Shown piece after piece: positions 25,790 to 39,559 of a stretch of DNA of 64,000 nucleotides. Each line of letters opens with the position of its first letter. Position 1 is the stretch's first letter. Under the pieces are notes generated by a model. It was not told the DNA's origin, did not search any database, and saw nothing but the letters and a program-made list of their open reading frames with translations. Source of the stretch: Octopus vulgaris (Eukaryota); the NCBI GenBank assembly GCA_951406725.2, contig OX597825.1, forward strand, positions 70,742,001 to 70,806,000. The letters run 5' to 3'. A program made the position numbers and the translations under genes.

Positions 25790-26052
25790 TGCTTCTGTAG
25801 TGGTCATCATCCGGCACTCAGGCAGTGGCAAAAGATGGCAGGATGCAACGACACCGATCAATGCAGACTCTGTAACGAGGAGGTGGAATCTGCAGAACAT
25901 CTCTGGCTGAGATGTCCGGCCCTGATGGTGGAACGCTATATCCGCCAACTAGGGGCTACAATGGATGAGATGATTCATCTCCCTCCCACGGCTCTAGCGC
26001 TTCTGAGAGTTATCCTCAGGCGCTTGAGGTGACCAACAACAACAACAACAAC
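25790..26052 (+). mobile_element. 5'-truncated LINE 3' end with CCHC zinc knuckle (I/R1-group-like)
   Basis: SGHHPALRQW...CRLCNEEVESAEHLWLRCPAL...RRLR* followed directly by an (AAC)n tail. Confidence 0.75.
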
Positions 26053-26545
26053 AGTACTCTATAAAAGGCACAAAGGCTACTACAGCAAATCAGAACCCAT
26101 GTCTATGACTGCTACTACAGTATAAAATATGTTGGTGTACAAGAATTAGTATATTCACACCTGCACAGATTGCCGGAATGGTCTGATGCCAAAATCCACA
26201 ACAAGAGCTCTCTGCACTTGTCTATCAACAAATGGAATAAAGTTCCAGAAACTACAATTGGAACCATCCCAGCAGATAGAGTACAAACTTACGCCAAAAC
26301 AGCACAGTGTACACACATGGACCTCCTGTTGCTTCATTCCACAATCACTCAACCGGTGATTGAGCTGTTGGATTCTCTTTCAGATTATAAGTTAACAAGA
26401 ATGGCCATGCTGTTGAGAAGCTCACTTTGCGACCACGTGGTTTCAGGTTCAGTTCCACTGTGTGGCACCTTGGGCAAGTGTCTTTTCATATAGCCCTCGG
26501 CTAATCAGTGCCTTGCTGAGAGAATTTGGCTGACAGAAATGATAT

Positions 26546-26778
26546 GAAGGCGGTGAGCTGGCAGAAACGTTAGCACGCCGGGTGAAATATTTAGCAGTAT
26601 TTCATCTGCCGCTACGTTCTGAGTTCAAATTCCGCCGAGGTCGACTTAGCCGTTCATCCTTTCGAGGTCGATTAAATAAGTACCAGTTACGTCCTGGGGG
26701 TCGATATAATCAACTTAATCCGTTTGTCTATCCTTGCTTGTCCCCTCTATGTAGCCCCTTGTGGGCAGTAAAGAAATA
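26546..26778 (+). mobile_element. SINE family D, full length, inserted into a family A head
   Basis: TSD AGAAATGATAT at 26535-26545 and 26779-26789. Confidence 0.85.
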
Positions 26779-27469
26779 AGAAATGATATTGAAGCCCCTC
26801 TCTCTATGAGACAGAGACAGACAGACAGAAAGAGAGATTGTTTACAATCTGTGCGTCACATGAAGAATCCCTGAACTAAAAGCAGTGAGCCTTGTCGATA
26901 TTCCGCAAGCAAATCAACCACAAGCTCGGCATTTTCAAATGAAAAATCATTTACATGAGCAGCAAGTACAGGTTAACGACCAGGTAGGCAACTGAGAACA
27001 CGACACTCCCCTAAATCTGAAAAGGACACCAGTGCACTGAACAGTTATACTCTCAGCTATGGCTGGAATTCATTCACTGCCAAGTAGACTGGAGAAATGT
27101 GAAATGAACACAAAGTGTTACCTGATATCAGAATTGAAACCACAGTCATGTGCTCATGAATACAACACACTAACCACTACCCAAGTACCTTCACGCATGC
27201 ATGCACATGTACACACGCACATACATGCACACAAGTAGATGTTTTATTGTTTATTTGTTTCAGTCGTTAAACTGTGGCCATGCTGGGGCACCACCTTCAA
27301 AAATTTTGTTGAATGAATCAACCCCAGTAGTTCTTTTTTTAAGCCTGGTACTTTATTCTATCAGTTCTCTTTTGTTGAGCTGCTAAGTTACAAGGGTGTA
27401 AACATACCAACACCAGTTGTCAAGCAGCAGTAGTGGACAAACCCAGACACAAAGAAAGACATGTATGCA

Positions 27470-27905
27470 TGCATGCATACATACATACATACATACATAC
27501 GTACATACATACATACATACGTACATACATACATACATACGTACATACATACATACATACATACTTACATACATACATACATACACATACATACATACAT
27601 ACATACATACATACTTACATACATACACACATACACACACACACATATACATACATGGTGGTTGTCTACTCCTTAAGCAGAGTTTGACCACCTACTGCAC
27701 CTACACCTTAGAACCATCATGGCACCTGATGTGGTTTTTTAAACTAGACAATGTTTCGAAAAGACACCCACACAGATTGCATATTCGATTTGGACCAGCA
27801 AGAGCTGCAGATAAGTTCTGATCTTTGGGGATCTTAAAATGTCTTTTGAGGCCTCTGTTAGATTTGCAAACCTTCTGGCATACATTGCACTGAATGGTGT
27901 GCACA
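27470..27905 (-). mobile_element. 5'-truncated LINE 3' end with two C2H2 fingers and (ATGT)n tail, copy 1
   Basis: CNVCQKVCKSNRGLKRHFKI(P) ... CNLCGCLFETLSSLKNHIRCH...KV*, a short 3' UTR, then (TGTA)n; second copy at 53925-54193. Confidence 0.7.
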
Positions 27906-27929
27906 GACATACAGGCAGAATATATATAC

Positions 27930-28317
27930 TAATGGATGGAAGCACTCCGTCGGTTACGACGACGAGGGTTCCGGTTGATCCGATCAATGGAACAGCCTGC
28001 TCGTGAAATTAACGTGTAAGTGGTTGAGCACTCCACAGACACGTGTACCCTTAACGCAGTTCTCGGGGATATTCAGCGTGACACAGAGAGTGACATGGCC
28101 AGCCCTTTGAAATACAGGTACAACAGAAACAGGAAGTAAGAGTGAGAGAAAGTTGTGGTGAAAGAGTACAGTAGGGATCACCACCATCCCTGCCGGAGCC
28201 TCGTGGAGCTTTAGGTGTTTTTGCTCAATAAACACTCACAACGCCCGGTCTGGGAATCGAAACCGCGATCCTACGACCGCGAGTCCGCTGCCCTAACCAC
28301 TGGGCCATTGCGCCTCC
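27930..28317 (-). mobile_element. SINE family C, tail T1, full length
   Basis: 14-bp TSD CAGAATATATATAC at 27916-27929 and 28318-28331. Confidence 0.88.
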
Positions 28318-28346
28318 CAGAATATATATACATATGTATACACACA

Positions 28347-28728
28347 GTAATCATTACCTGCGTCGCCTTACTAGCAGTGATCGTTACCTGCATCGCCTTA
28401 CTAGCACTTGTGCTGGTGGCACGTGAATAAACATTTGAGCGAGGTCGTTGCCAGTGCCACTGGACTGGCTCCTGTGCAGGTGGTACATAAAAAGCACCAA
28501 CTGACCGTGGCCGTTGCCAGTACCGCCTGACTGGCCCTCGTGCCGGTGGCACATAAAAGCACCCACTACACTCTCGGAGTGGTTGGCGTTAGAAAGGGCA
28601 TCCAGCTGTAGAAACTCTGCCAGATCAGACTGGAGTCTGGTGCAGCCATCTGGCTCGCCACATCTCAGTCAAATCGTCCAACTCATGCTAGCATGGAAAG
28701 TGGACGTTAAACAATGATGATGATGATG
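28347..28728 (+). mobile_element. Family E (RTE-like 3' UTR)
   Basis: Repeated 'gtgccggtggcac.taaaagcacc' units, 'gaaagggcatccagctgtagaaac', (GAT)n tail; 30-bp tandem duplication at its 5' end. Confidence 0.8.
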
Positions 28729-29096
28729 AATGGACTTCTCATCAGTTTCCATTTACCAATTCCACTCACAAGGCTTTGGTTGGCCTATGGTTATAGTAGA
28801 AGACACTTACCCAAAGTGTCACATAGTGGGACTGAATCCAGAACCTTGTAGTTGGGAAGCAGATTTCTTACCACACACCCAGAGATATTTTCTTCAATTG
28901 TTTTACAGGTTCCATGCTGGGGCACTTGCTTTCAAGGGTTTTAATCAATTATATAATCCTGACCCCCTCCTCCACCAGTATTCCCTCATACTCGTTTTAT
29001 TAATCTCTATTTAACAAATGGCTATGTTAACCTCAGCTAAGGACATAACAATGCCAGGTATAGATACAGGTATACAGAAGCACAACATACACATAT

Positions 29097-29215
<119 letters not shown>

Positions 29216-29837
29216 GAGAGACAGAAAGAGAAGACAGACAGACAGACAGAGAAAGAGAGAGTAAAGTTGTTATTGTTTTTTTTTCTATTTGTTTTATCTG
29301 TCACCATACATCCCAAACAATAATAGACAATGAATAAACATGAACTCTGTAGTTGCCAGCTCTTGAGGAGAGATTGTAAACTTAATTAGAAAATAAGAGA
29401 ACAGACAGAGAAAGAAGGAAACACAGAGTGGGGGGTGGGGGAGGAGTGAGCCACAGAATGTGTGGGGGGTGCATAGGAAAGAGAGAGAGAGAGAGAGAGA
29501 GGTGGGGGGGAGCGCACGTGTGTATGCACACAAAAGATAACAATATAAGAAGCCAATTACGAAAGAGAGTACTGCTAATGAGATGGCAGATTAACTGTGC
29601 AGCAGTGTAATATCTTAAATTCTATATACTTCAGTCACTAAGGGTCACCAGAAGCAATTGTAAAGACAAACGTAATCATCATCATCGTCGTCATCGTCAT
29701 CGTCATTTCAACATTTGCTATTTATTTTCTTTCTTTGGGGAAGTTGAAGGTGAGGGTAAATCTTGAAGCTAGCAACACCTTCTACTAATATCCCCTCAGT
29801 CAACAGATGATCAAATCCTAAACCAAGTTTTCTTTAG

Positions 29838-30316
29838 TTAACCCTTTAGCATTTAAACCCACCAAATCCAGCTCAAATATTCTACATTTCACATTCAAAT
29901 TGGCCCTATCTAATCTCTCATACCTAACCTACACTAACACTTTAGAAATAAACAATCAAATTATCAAAACCTCACAGCTATACAGTAATAATAATAAATA
30001 AATGCGCCCTTTTAAAGCCTAGCCAGGCTTATGGGCCCGGTTTCCTGGTTTCTATGGTGTATGTGTTCCATCACAGCGTTACTCATTTTTGCCAGCTGAG
30101 TGAACTGGAGCAACGTGAAATGAAGTGTTTTGCTCAAGAACACAACGCATCGCCCTGTCCAGGAATTGAAACCACAATCTTATGATCATGGTGCTGACAC
30201 CCTAACCACTAAGCCACGGGCTTCCATGCTATACAATAATATCATGATTAATTCAAAACAATTTGAATAAAAAAAGTATTACATTTGAAAGATTAATCTG
30301 AACATTAAATCGTTAG
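29838..30316. mobile_element. MITE P2 interrupted by a CORE-like SINE with tail T3 (29991-30227, minus strand)
   Basis: SINE flanked by TSD GCTATACA(G/A)TAATA at 29977-29990 and 30228-30241. Confidence 0.8.
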
Positions 30317-30505
30317 TCCCCCTTAATCCTCCAAACTGACCCACAACATTATTCAAAGCTGCCATACTCATGTCATTGTATAACATATAGCTTAGTAGCC
30401 TCTACATAGCTACTTGACCTTCTAGAAATAAAAGCCAAATTTTCCTGAAACTACATACACCCTAATGTTGAAAAGAATAAAATGCATTGCATAAATATAG
30501 AGACA

Positions 30506-30868
30506 CTAGTACTATGACCCGGCAACGCCAGGTCATAGTGATAGTGCATGCATATACAGCTACGTGCATGCGCACATACACGCGAGTACTGTCCAAATCT
30601 CTGACCAATCACATACAGCTAGATGGCATTCAATTGGCGTATCAAGTTTCGGGCATTTTGATTGGGTTTTGTCACTTCTATTGATTTTTTAATGGCTTTG
30701 TAGGGTGACTGGGGAAATGTAAAGATGTGCACGACCACCCTTGGGCAGTTTTGAATGACCATAGAAAGTACGAGCCCTCTAACTGAAAAATTGTGGATTT
30801 GTATAAAGGACATGCACACACACACACACACACACACACAGATATTTTGCTGTTTATATATAGAGAGA
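30506..30868 (-). mobile_element. Complete non-autonomous Helitron (about 363 bp)
   Basis: Minus strand A|TCTCTCTATATATAAA...(TG)n...subterminal hairpin (ACTATGACC(C/T)GGC arms, 30511-30539)...CTAG|T; no TSD. Confidence 0.8.
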
Positions 30869-31304
30869 TTATGTATGACAAATAAGATGAACATGAGTGA
30901 AACATGTTAGATATGCTTAATCCAAGCTGGGTTGACTTTTGTTACAATATATCGTTTGAAGCACAATGCCTTCATTTCAATTAATTTGAAGGATAAGGAA
31001 GAATTCAGCAAAATTACTTTGTTGTTATTGAGCTGGTGTTCAGAACAGAAATTAATACGAAATTTTGATGGCAGTTCCTAATTTAGATCACTTAAAAAAC
31101 CAGGAAGTTTGTATCACTGAAATGTGATCGGTCGCAGGCAAGTTGACCCTGCCTTTGTTTTGACTAATTTTGAAAATAGCAAAGAATTTAGTAAAATAAC
31201 TCTGTCGTTATTAAGCTGGTGTTTGGGACATAGATTAAATAGACGTCTGCGTTGGCTGGGTCATGCCCTCCGTCATCAAACAGGAGAATTCATCCACGAA
31301 GCAA

Positions 31305-31672
31305 CTGCCTGTGTGGTAAGAAGCTTGCTTCCTAACTACATGGTTCCAGGTTCAGTCCCACACTGTGGTACCTTGGGCAAGTGTCTTCTACTATAATCTC
31401 GGGTTGACCAAAGCCTTGTGAATGGATTTGGTAGATGGAAACTGAAAGAAGCCCATCATATGTGTGTGTGTGTGTGTGTTTGTCCCTACCATCATCACTT
31501 GACAACTGATGTTGGTGTGTTTTTACTTCCCCGTAGGTTAGCGGTTCAGCAAAAGTCACCGATAGAATAAGCACAAGGCTTACAAGGAAATAAGTCCCGG
31601 GGTCAATTTGTTCGACTAAAGGCAGTGCTCCAGCATGGCCACAGTCAAATGACTGAAAAGAACAAAAGAATA
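31305..31672 (+). mobile_element. SINE family A (tail A1)
   Basis: Same head, body and tail as 17312-17708. Confidence 0.8.
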
Positions 31673-31984
31673 GTGAATGGCTATGACAGTCCAGTAGAGT
31701 TAAACAGAAATCAAAAAGAGTGGAATAGGGTGGGGGCGTCCATAGGCACAAAATGGCTTAGAAACACCAGACCTAAATGATTGGACTTAGCAGCTGACAA
31801 TTCTAGCAGATGCTGTCTGGTTACGCCTCCTCCCAGCAAAGCATGTTTATTTTACATGCTTCACTTCACCCAGCAGCCAGACCTTGCAGAAGAAGATCAG
31901 GGAGACTGAGATGTATATGTGCGGTAGATGTGTGTCCTATCATGGACTGATAAATGCCTCGCCCTTTTTCATGTCCCGACGACA

Positions 31985-32580
31985 TGCAGGTGTAGCTGAA
32001 TGGTTAAGAAATTTGCTTCTCAACCTTGCGTCTCAGGTTCAGTCCCACTGTATGGGATCTTGGACAAGTGTCTTTTAATATAGCCCTGGGCCAACCAAAG
32101 CATTGTGAGTAGAGTTGGTAGATGAAAAAAAAAGAAAGAAGCCTGTCATGTGTGTGTATGATAGAGCATGTGTGTGTGTATGTGAATGAGCATGTGTGTG
32201 TATGTGACTGAGCATGTGTGTGTGTATGTGAATGAGCATGTGTGTGTGTGTGTGTGACTGAGCATGTGTGTGTGACTGAGCATGTGTGTGTATGTGAATG
32301 AGCGTGTGTGTGTGTGTACTCTAGTTTTTACATCACATGATGGTATGTGTATGAGTGTGTACATGTGCGTGGGCGGGGATGGGGGCGTTTGTGTGTACAC
32401 TCTTAATTTGACATCACATGACAGTTGTAAATGAACACCGCTGTCATTCATACAAACAATATCATTCCCAATCCTCAATGAAAAACATGTCTAGGAAATA
32501 TCAGCTGGTTTGGAAAGAGGTGAGGGTCGGCAACAAGAAGAGTATCTGTCCTTGACAAATTCTGTCTAATCCAATGTTGA
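31985..32580 (+). mobile_element. SINE family A + expanded internal minisatellite + tail A2
   Basis: Head, then about 7 'gagcatgtgtgtg..tgtga(a/c)t' units (32160-32310), then the A2 module. Confidence 0.65.
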
Positions 32581-32586
32581 CATTAA

Positions 32587-32808
32587 CCCTTTCATTACTG
32601 TATTTATTTTGAGATGCTCTGGGTTTCTTTCAATTAATTTTAAATATATCAAAGAATTTAGTAAAGTAACTTAGTTATCATTCAGCTTGTGTTAGGAACA
32701 TATATTGTGACTAAGGTCTGGTGGAAGATTTTAATTCAAAACTGATGAAAACACGACATTTGTATTACAGAGCCAGAATCGGTTTCAGCCGGGTTGGTAA
32801 TGAAAGGG
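32587..32808. mobile_element. piggyBac-type MITE family P1
   Basis: TTAA|CCCTTTCATTAC ... GTAATGAAAGGG|TTAA. Confidence 0.88.
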
Positions 32809-32812
32809 TTAA

Positions 32813-33177
32813 CCATTTAGCATTTAACCCTTTAGTGTTCAGATTATTCTGTTAAATGTAATACTTTTTCACTCAAATTGTTTTGAATTAATCATGCATT
32901 ATCTTATAGCTTTGAGGTTTCAATGATGTGATTGGTTATTTTTAGAATGTCAATGTAGGTTAGGTGTGAGAGGCTAGATATGGCCAGTTCAAATATAAAA
33001 CAAGTAGAATATTTTGGGCCGGATGTGGCCGGTTTAAACACTAAAGGATTAAACCGGCCAAAATTGTTCTACCTGTCTTACGGCTACATCTGGCCTCTCA
33101 TATCCACCCTACAACATAATTGTATAAAATAACAATCACATCATTGAAATCTCAAAGTTGTACAATGATGTATGATT
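32813..33177. mobile_element. MITE P2 containing an inverted P2 copy (32828-33048) inserted at its internal TTAA
   Basis: Outer 'ccatttagcatTTAA|...|TTAAaccggcc'; inner ends ccctttag / ctaaagga. Confidence 0.8.
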
Positions 33178-33253
33178 AGGCATAGCTGTGTGGTAAGAAG
33201 ACTGCTTCCCAACCACACAGTTCTGGGTTCAGTCCTACAGCATAACACCTTAA

Positions 33254-33288
<35 letters not shown>

Positions 33289-34493
33289 GCTAAGTTCTTG
33301 ATCCCAGGTTGCCATCAGAGTTTAACAAATATTTTCACTGACATGCAGGCATGGCTGTGTGGTTAAGAAGTTTGCTCCCCAGCCACACAGTCTCAGGTTC
33401 AGTTCCACCGAACGGAATTTTGGGCAAGTGTATTCTATTATAGCGTCAAGGCAACCAGAGCCTTGTGAATGGATTTAGAAGCCAAAAACTGAAAGAAGCA
33501 TATGTGTGTGTGTGTGCATGTGCATGTGTGTAGGTAACTGAACTGGCACTCCATTGGTGATGGAACCATATGATGACGGGGGTTCTAGTTGATCCAATCA
33601 ACAGGACAGCCAACTTGTGAAATTAAAATGCAAGTGATTGAACGCTCCACAGACACGCGAACCCTTACTGTAGCCCTCGGGGCAATTCAGCGTGACACAG
33701 AATGTACCAAAGCTGGACCTTTGAAATACAGACACTGGAGCAATGTGAAATATAGTGTCTTGTTCATGGACACAACACGCCACTGGGGATCGAACCCAAG
33801 ACCTTAGGATTGCCGAACCGAAAACCCTACCCACTAAGCCACACACCTTCACGTCTGTGTAAGTATGTATATACACACATACACAGATAGACAGTGTAAT
33901 GTGCTGTGTCTGTCGGATCCATAATACAGGACTTGACTATATTTAAATATGTGCAGTACAGCACGCCAGTCGGCATGACAACCTAACATGAGTGTATATA
34001 GTTCTTAATTGCTTAGTCACCGCCAATACGCTACAACAAAGAACCAGCCTCCACTTATACATTAATCATACAGTTTAATATCTTTCAAGTCTCATAACGA
34101 AAAAAACAAACAAACAAACCAATATTCACAAGTGATGACAGTTTGTGAACCCACAAAACCTGGCGGATACACACAGTCGCTCCACCTGCTAAAAATAACA
34201 GCTAAGCACCTGAATCTCTTTGAAACCTTACTCTTGTGTGTCCTATGTGTTTTGATTAATTTTTGAAAATAATCGACAATTTGGGAATATTTAGTAATTT
34301 AACAAACCTTTCGTTTATTACTCTGGGGTTTAGAACATAGACTGTTCCTACATGAATTTTTTATATATAGGCACTGGCAGGGCTGGGTGGTCTAAGGAGC
34401 TCACTTTGTAATCACATGGTTTTGGGTTCAATCTTATGGTGTGGTACCTCAGGGAAGTATCTCCTGCTATAACTCTGAGTTAACCAATGCCTT

Positions 34494-34845
34494 GCATGGC
34501 TGTGTGGTAAGAAGCTTGCTTACCAAGCACATGGTTTCAGGCTCAGTCCCACCATGTGGCACCTTGGGCAAGTATCTTCTACTGTAACACCAGGCTGACC
34601 AAAGCCTTGAGTGGATTTGGTAGACAGAAACTAAAAGAATCTTATCGTGTGTGTGTTTGTCTTCCACATCACTTCTTGACAACTGATGTTGGAGTGTTTA
34701 CATCCCCATAATTTAGCAGTTCAGTAAAGGAGACCAATAGAATAAGTACTAGGTTTTGAAAAATAAGTCTTGGGGGTCGATTTGTTTGACTAAAACCCTT
34801 TGAGGTAGTGCTCCAGCATGGCTGCAGTCAAATGACTGAAACAAA
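34494..34845 (+). mobile_element. SINE family A (tail A1)
   Basis: Head 'gcatggctgtgtggtaagaagc' through 'aatgactgaaacaaa'. Confidence 0.8.
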
Positions 34846-34902
34846 TATATATGATATAAATGTTGTGCAGGGAGATGGCAAAGGAGCATACAGAATAACA
34901 GG

Positions 34903-34958
<56 letters not shown>

Positions 34959-36393
34959 ACACACACACACAATGGATGCAGACATGCTTGACCCCCCCTC
35001 ATCACTTATCGACCAAATATCACCACAGTTTCAACACCCAGGACAATATTGTTCAATTTGGCTGTGTCAGCAACATATCTACTGGTGTACAAATAAACAG
35101 ACATGGAAAAAAAAAACATGGTCTGAATCCACCACCCGCCCACCCAACACCACCAACACCACCATTGTCATTACCGATTGTCAACCAGAGTTGGTTTGTT
35201 TACATTTCTATTATTTAGCGCTTCAGAAAAAAGAGTCTGACAGAATAAGAAAAATAAGTACTGAGGTTAATTTGTTTGACTAAAGCTTCTAAGGGTGCTC
35301 CAGTATGGGCTGCAGTCCAATGAGTGAAACAAGGACAAATGATAAAAGATTACTGTATCTAAGGTTAGTCCCAGGTGGGTTGATATCCAGGGTTTTATTA
35401 AAACAACAAATCTCCTCCTTCCTGCAGTCCTGACAAATCAATATTTACACTAGTTTCATATTTTAATGACCTATTTTCCCCCTTCTCCACTTATCTTACT
35501 ATATCAATAAATTACATTTACTTAGAGGCGGCTGCAGATAAACGATCAAAAGACTGGATTACTGACCTATATTAGAGCAGAGTTCAAACCATGCTCTAAT
35601 CATTGTGCTCAAGCAAGGTTTAAATTCAGACATGACTAATCCGCCATGCTAACTCTTCTAAACTTGCTGTCAAAAATATGAAAAGATATATACAAATATA
35701 TATATATATTAGTCATTCACTAAAACAGTTTTGGAATTTTTTCCTCTTTCACCACATGGTTAACTTTTGAAATATTCCACATTAAAATATGTTAACTCTT
35801 ATCTGTCTATCTGCTTATTTCGACCTTTTCTTTTAGTTAACTTTTTAAAGTTTTCTTTATATTAAATATATTAACACTAACTTGTCTGTCTGTCTATCTT
35901 GTCTATATGTCAACATCTCTGGAAGCCAGTTTGTGCATTTTACCACATAACTATTTCTAGTTAAATATTTTAAATATTTCATATATCCAGTGCAAACATT
36001 ACCATATCTGTCAGCTTTGTCTATTTGTCTGTCCAGTCTTTAAGTTTGCCTCAAAACATTTATATCTAGTTAGCTTTTTAATGCTCCATGTATTAATGAA
36101 AAAGGCTATAACAGGTTCCATAACCTTCACAAAACTGCAACTGAATCTCCCTCAAATCACCCATATATTTAAAAAAAAAATGCCACATTACATAAAGTAG
36201 TCCTAGATGCACTGTATTCCAATAAAAGATGGGATGGTCATGGACAAAATGCCTTTGCTTATAGACGTACTCAATGAGGAGTGACCTAGGGCTAATCAGT
36301 AACAAATAATCTATCATTCTATCTCTCAACTGAAATAAATGTCTTTCTCACTTCTTGTTTCAGTGGCTACCATAAAGATGTATAAACAACAAT

Positions 36394-36446
<53 letters not shown>

Positions 36447-36489
36447 TGTGTGGGTGTGTACATATCTATGTATGGGTGTGTGTGTGTGT

Positions 36490-36599
<110 letters not shown>

Positions 36600-36917
36600 G
36601 TATATATATATAGGTATATATATATAGGTATATGCCACTCTCAAGGTGTTGGTTGGCCCAGAGCTATAGTAGAAAAAAAAAACACTTGTCCAAGGTTCCA
36701 CGCAGTGGGACTGAACCCAAAACCATTTGATTGCAAAATGAGCCTGTAAATCACATAGATATGTCCTGCATCTACGTTGATGAAAATAGCAATGATGATG
36801 ATGAGTGTGCAATAATAGTAATGACAACAAGGATGATTCTGTGCTTTTGAAAATGACAATGACAATCATAGCGACGAAGATGATGATGTTGATGACAATG
36901 ATGATGATGATGACGAA

Positions 36918-36956
<39 letters not shown>

Positions 36957-37724
36957 CGTTGAACCTGAACTTTGAATCAAAAGTTTCACACTTCTTTGTT
37001 GACAAAAACAAATTTGTCATGGAAAGCTATTTATAATCATAAATTTGGGTTAATTAACAACAACAACAACGATGATGATGATGATTTCTTTCATTGGCCA
37101 CAAGGGCCCCGAGGCATGGAGGGCAATATCAAAGGATGAGTGTTTTTTGTGAGGTGTTTTTTTTTTTTGTATGTGTGTGTTTCTTTTCAAATTAGAAATA
37201 CAGAAAAGAGAAGTTGCTAATAAGACTTGTACAAAAGGGAAAAATTTCAGGCAACAATGATAGGAGAAAGACACTTGCAGAGGGAAAAAAAAAAAACTAT
37301 TGGCATAGAACAGGATTAGAAAGAAGAATATTAGCACGATTTATTAATTGGGAGGAAAGAGTGCTCGTTTGTAAATTATACAGTAATTAAGACAATTAGT
37401 ATTGCTTATTCTCTCCTTACATCAAACATAGCATGGAAAGTAAACATCCAATATTTAGAAGCAAGAGTGCTTGTATGGCCACAAGTACAAGACCATTCTG
37501 GAGCTTGGTTTCTCTGGTTGGATGTCTTTACTATCACCAAGAATTTTACAGACTGTACTGAGTGCATTTTATTATGGTACTGGCACTGGAGGGGTTTTCT
37601 TGTCCCAGGCAAGCCAGGACTATCTATAATAGAAGACACTCACCTGAAAATGCTGTGCTGTGTGTCTGAACTGTGTGTGTGACCACATGAGTGGGAAATA
37701 AGGTGCTTAACTACACAGCCATAC

Positions 37725-37762
<38 letters not shown>

Positions 37763-38098
37763 ATGCGCATACACATACACAAATAGATGTATATATACAT
37801 ACATATACATATATACACATACATATATACATATATATAAACACACATGTACACATATATACATGTATATACACATATATATACACACACACATATATAT
37901 GATATACATACGCATATATCTGTGCACATGTTTATGTGTATGTGTGTATGTCTTAAGGAAGGGCATCCAGCTGTAGAAACCATTCCAAGGCAAAAAATGG
38001 CACTTTGGTGTGGTCCTCTGGCTTGCCAGCTCCTTTCAAATCATCCAATCCATGCCTGCATGGAAAACGGATGTTTGATGATGATGATGATTTCAACG

Positions 38099-38129
<31 letters not shown>

Positions 38130-38383
38130 AGTAGGCTTATCACATACATACACACACACATGTCTATAGTGTAATTTCTTTTTGTCAATATCAATTTATT
38201 TTGACCAGCCACGAAATAAAAAAACAACAACAAATAACAAGAAAAAAAGGGCAATATTTTAAGGCAGGGCTGTGAACAGTTAAATTAACTTCTATATCTA
38301 TCTGAGAAGCCATAATAAACATTAACTGAAATGAAACAGCTTCAAATGAGATTGAAAATTAGGCTGTAGACTAAACTTTCTAG

Positions 38384-38613
38384 GCAGCGAACTGGCAGAA
38401 ACGTTAGCACACCGGGCGAAATGCTTAGCGGTATTTCGTCTGCCGTTATGTTCTGAGTTCAAATTCCACCGAGGTCGACTTTGCCTTTCATCCTTTCGGC
38501 GTCGATAAATTAAGTACCAGTTACGCACTGGGGTCGATGTGATCGACTCAATCCGTTTGTCTATCCTTGTTTGTCCCCTCTATGTTTAGCACCTTGTGGG
38601 TAGTAAAGAAACA
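38384..38613 (+). mobile_element. SINE family D, full length
   Basis: 19-bp TSD TGTAGACTAAACTTTCTAG at 38365-38383 and 38614-38632. Confidence 0.9.
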
Positions 38614-39423
38614 TGTAGACTAAACTTTCTAGAAGTTTTCCCCAGACAAAACTGAACCTGTTCAGTACTGCATGCATGTATAGTAACAGAAATGGAATAG
38701 GTAGATAGATCCTTGTCAGTTTGCTGTCTGTCAGAGGGGGCAGAAAAACATTATTATTCACTTATTAACAGAGGAAATATAGACATTTAATAGAATCCAT
38801 GACAAATACCATGTAAAAAGACAAAAAGCAAAAAAAAACAAAATAAAACTTATTGAGAATTCTAAATGAGAGTCATGCACGAAGGGGAAAGAATGACATC
38901 ACCGAAGACAGCGCCAACAGAATTTAATGTAAGTTCCACCTTCCAACAGTAAAAACAGTAATAAAAAAGGAAGCTAAAAAAGCCCTTAATATCATCAGTT
39001 AAAACATCTGTTTTCCCATGTTTGTATAGATAAAAATAACATGTCAATTTGACATATTTGTTTTTAATTCTATAATCGTATAGGTACAGGCATAATCGTA
39101 TAATCGTATAGGTACGCCTGTGTGGCGAGGAGTTTGGTTTGCAACAACATAGCCATGGGTTCAGTCCCACCGCATGGCACCTTGGGTGAGCGTTTTCTGC
39201 TATAGCCTTGAGCAAAACAAAACCTTGTAAGTGGATTTGATAGATGGAAACTGAATGAAACCTGTCATATATATAAATCCTTAAAATCCTTAAAAATGTT
39301 TTAGCCCGAAGGCTATATATATATATATATATAACAAAGGGTAAAATTAATTAATTAAGAAGTAATCAATAATTTCACCAAGTAGAATTCGGCATGAAAA
39401 AGACCATTTCACGGTAAGCTTAA

Positions 39424-39559
39424 GTAATACTTAATAATTAGGGTTCAGCAAAGATTTGCTTTTTAAAGTAGAAGAAATAGCTAAGGTTTTTTGACTGCTA
39501 TTTCTAAACTTCGCTATGTGGTAAAGCAAATCTTTGCTGAACCCTAATTATAAAGTATT

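Noticed and set aside
26150-26395. ORF 26170-26493 as a gene
   Set aside because: It runs into a SINE; there is only a faint resemblance to a decayed CR1-type C-terminus, too weak to annotate.
28400-28570. CRISPR-like repeat-spacer pattern (hairpin repeats with intervening sequence)
   Set aside because: Eukaryotic retroelement UTR; the repeats are degenerate, related intervening sequences recur in other copies, and there are no cas genes.
38850-38990. Pogo/Tigger-like HTH remnant
   Set aside because: Needs several frameshifts and no TIR was found.
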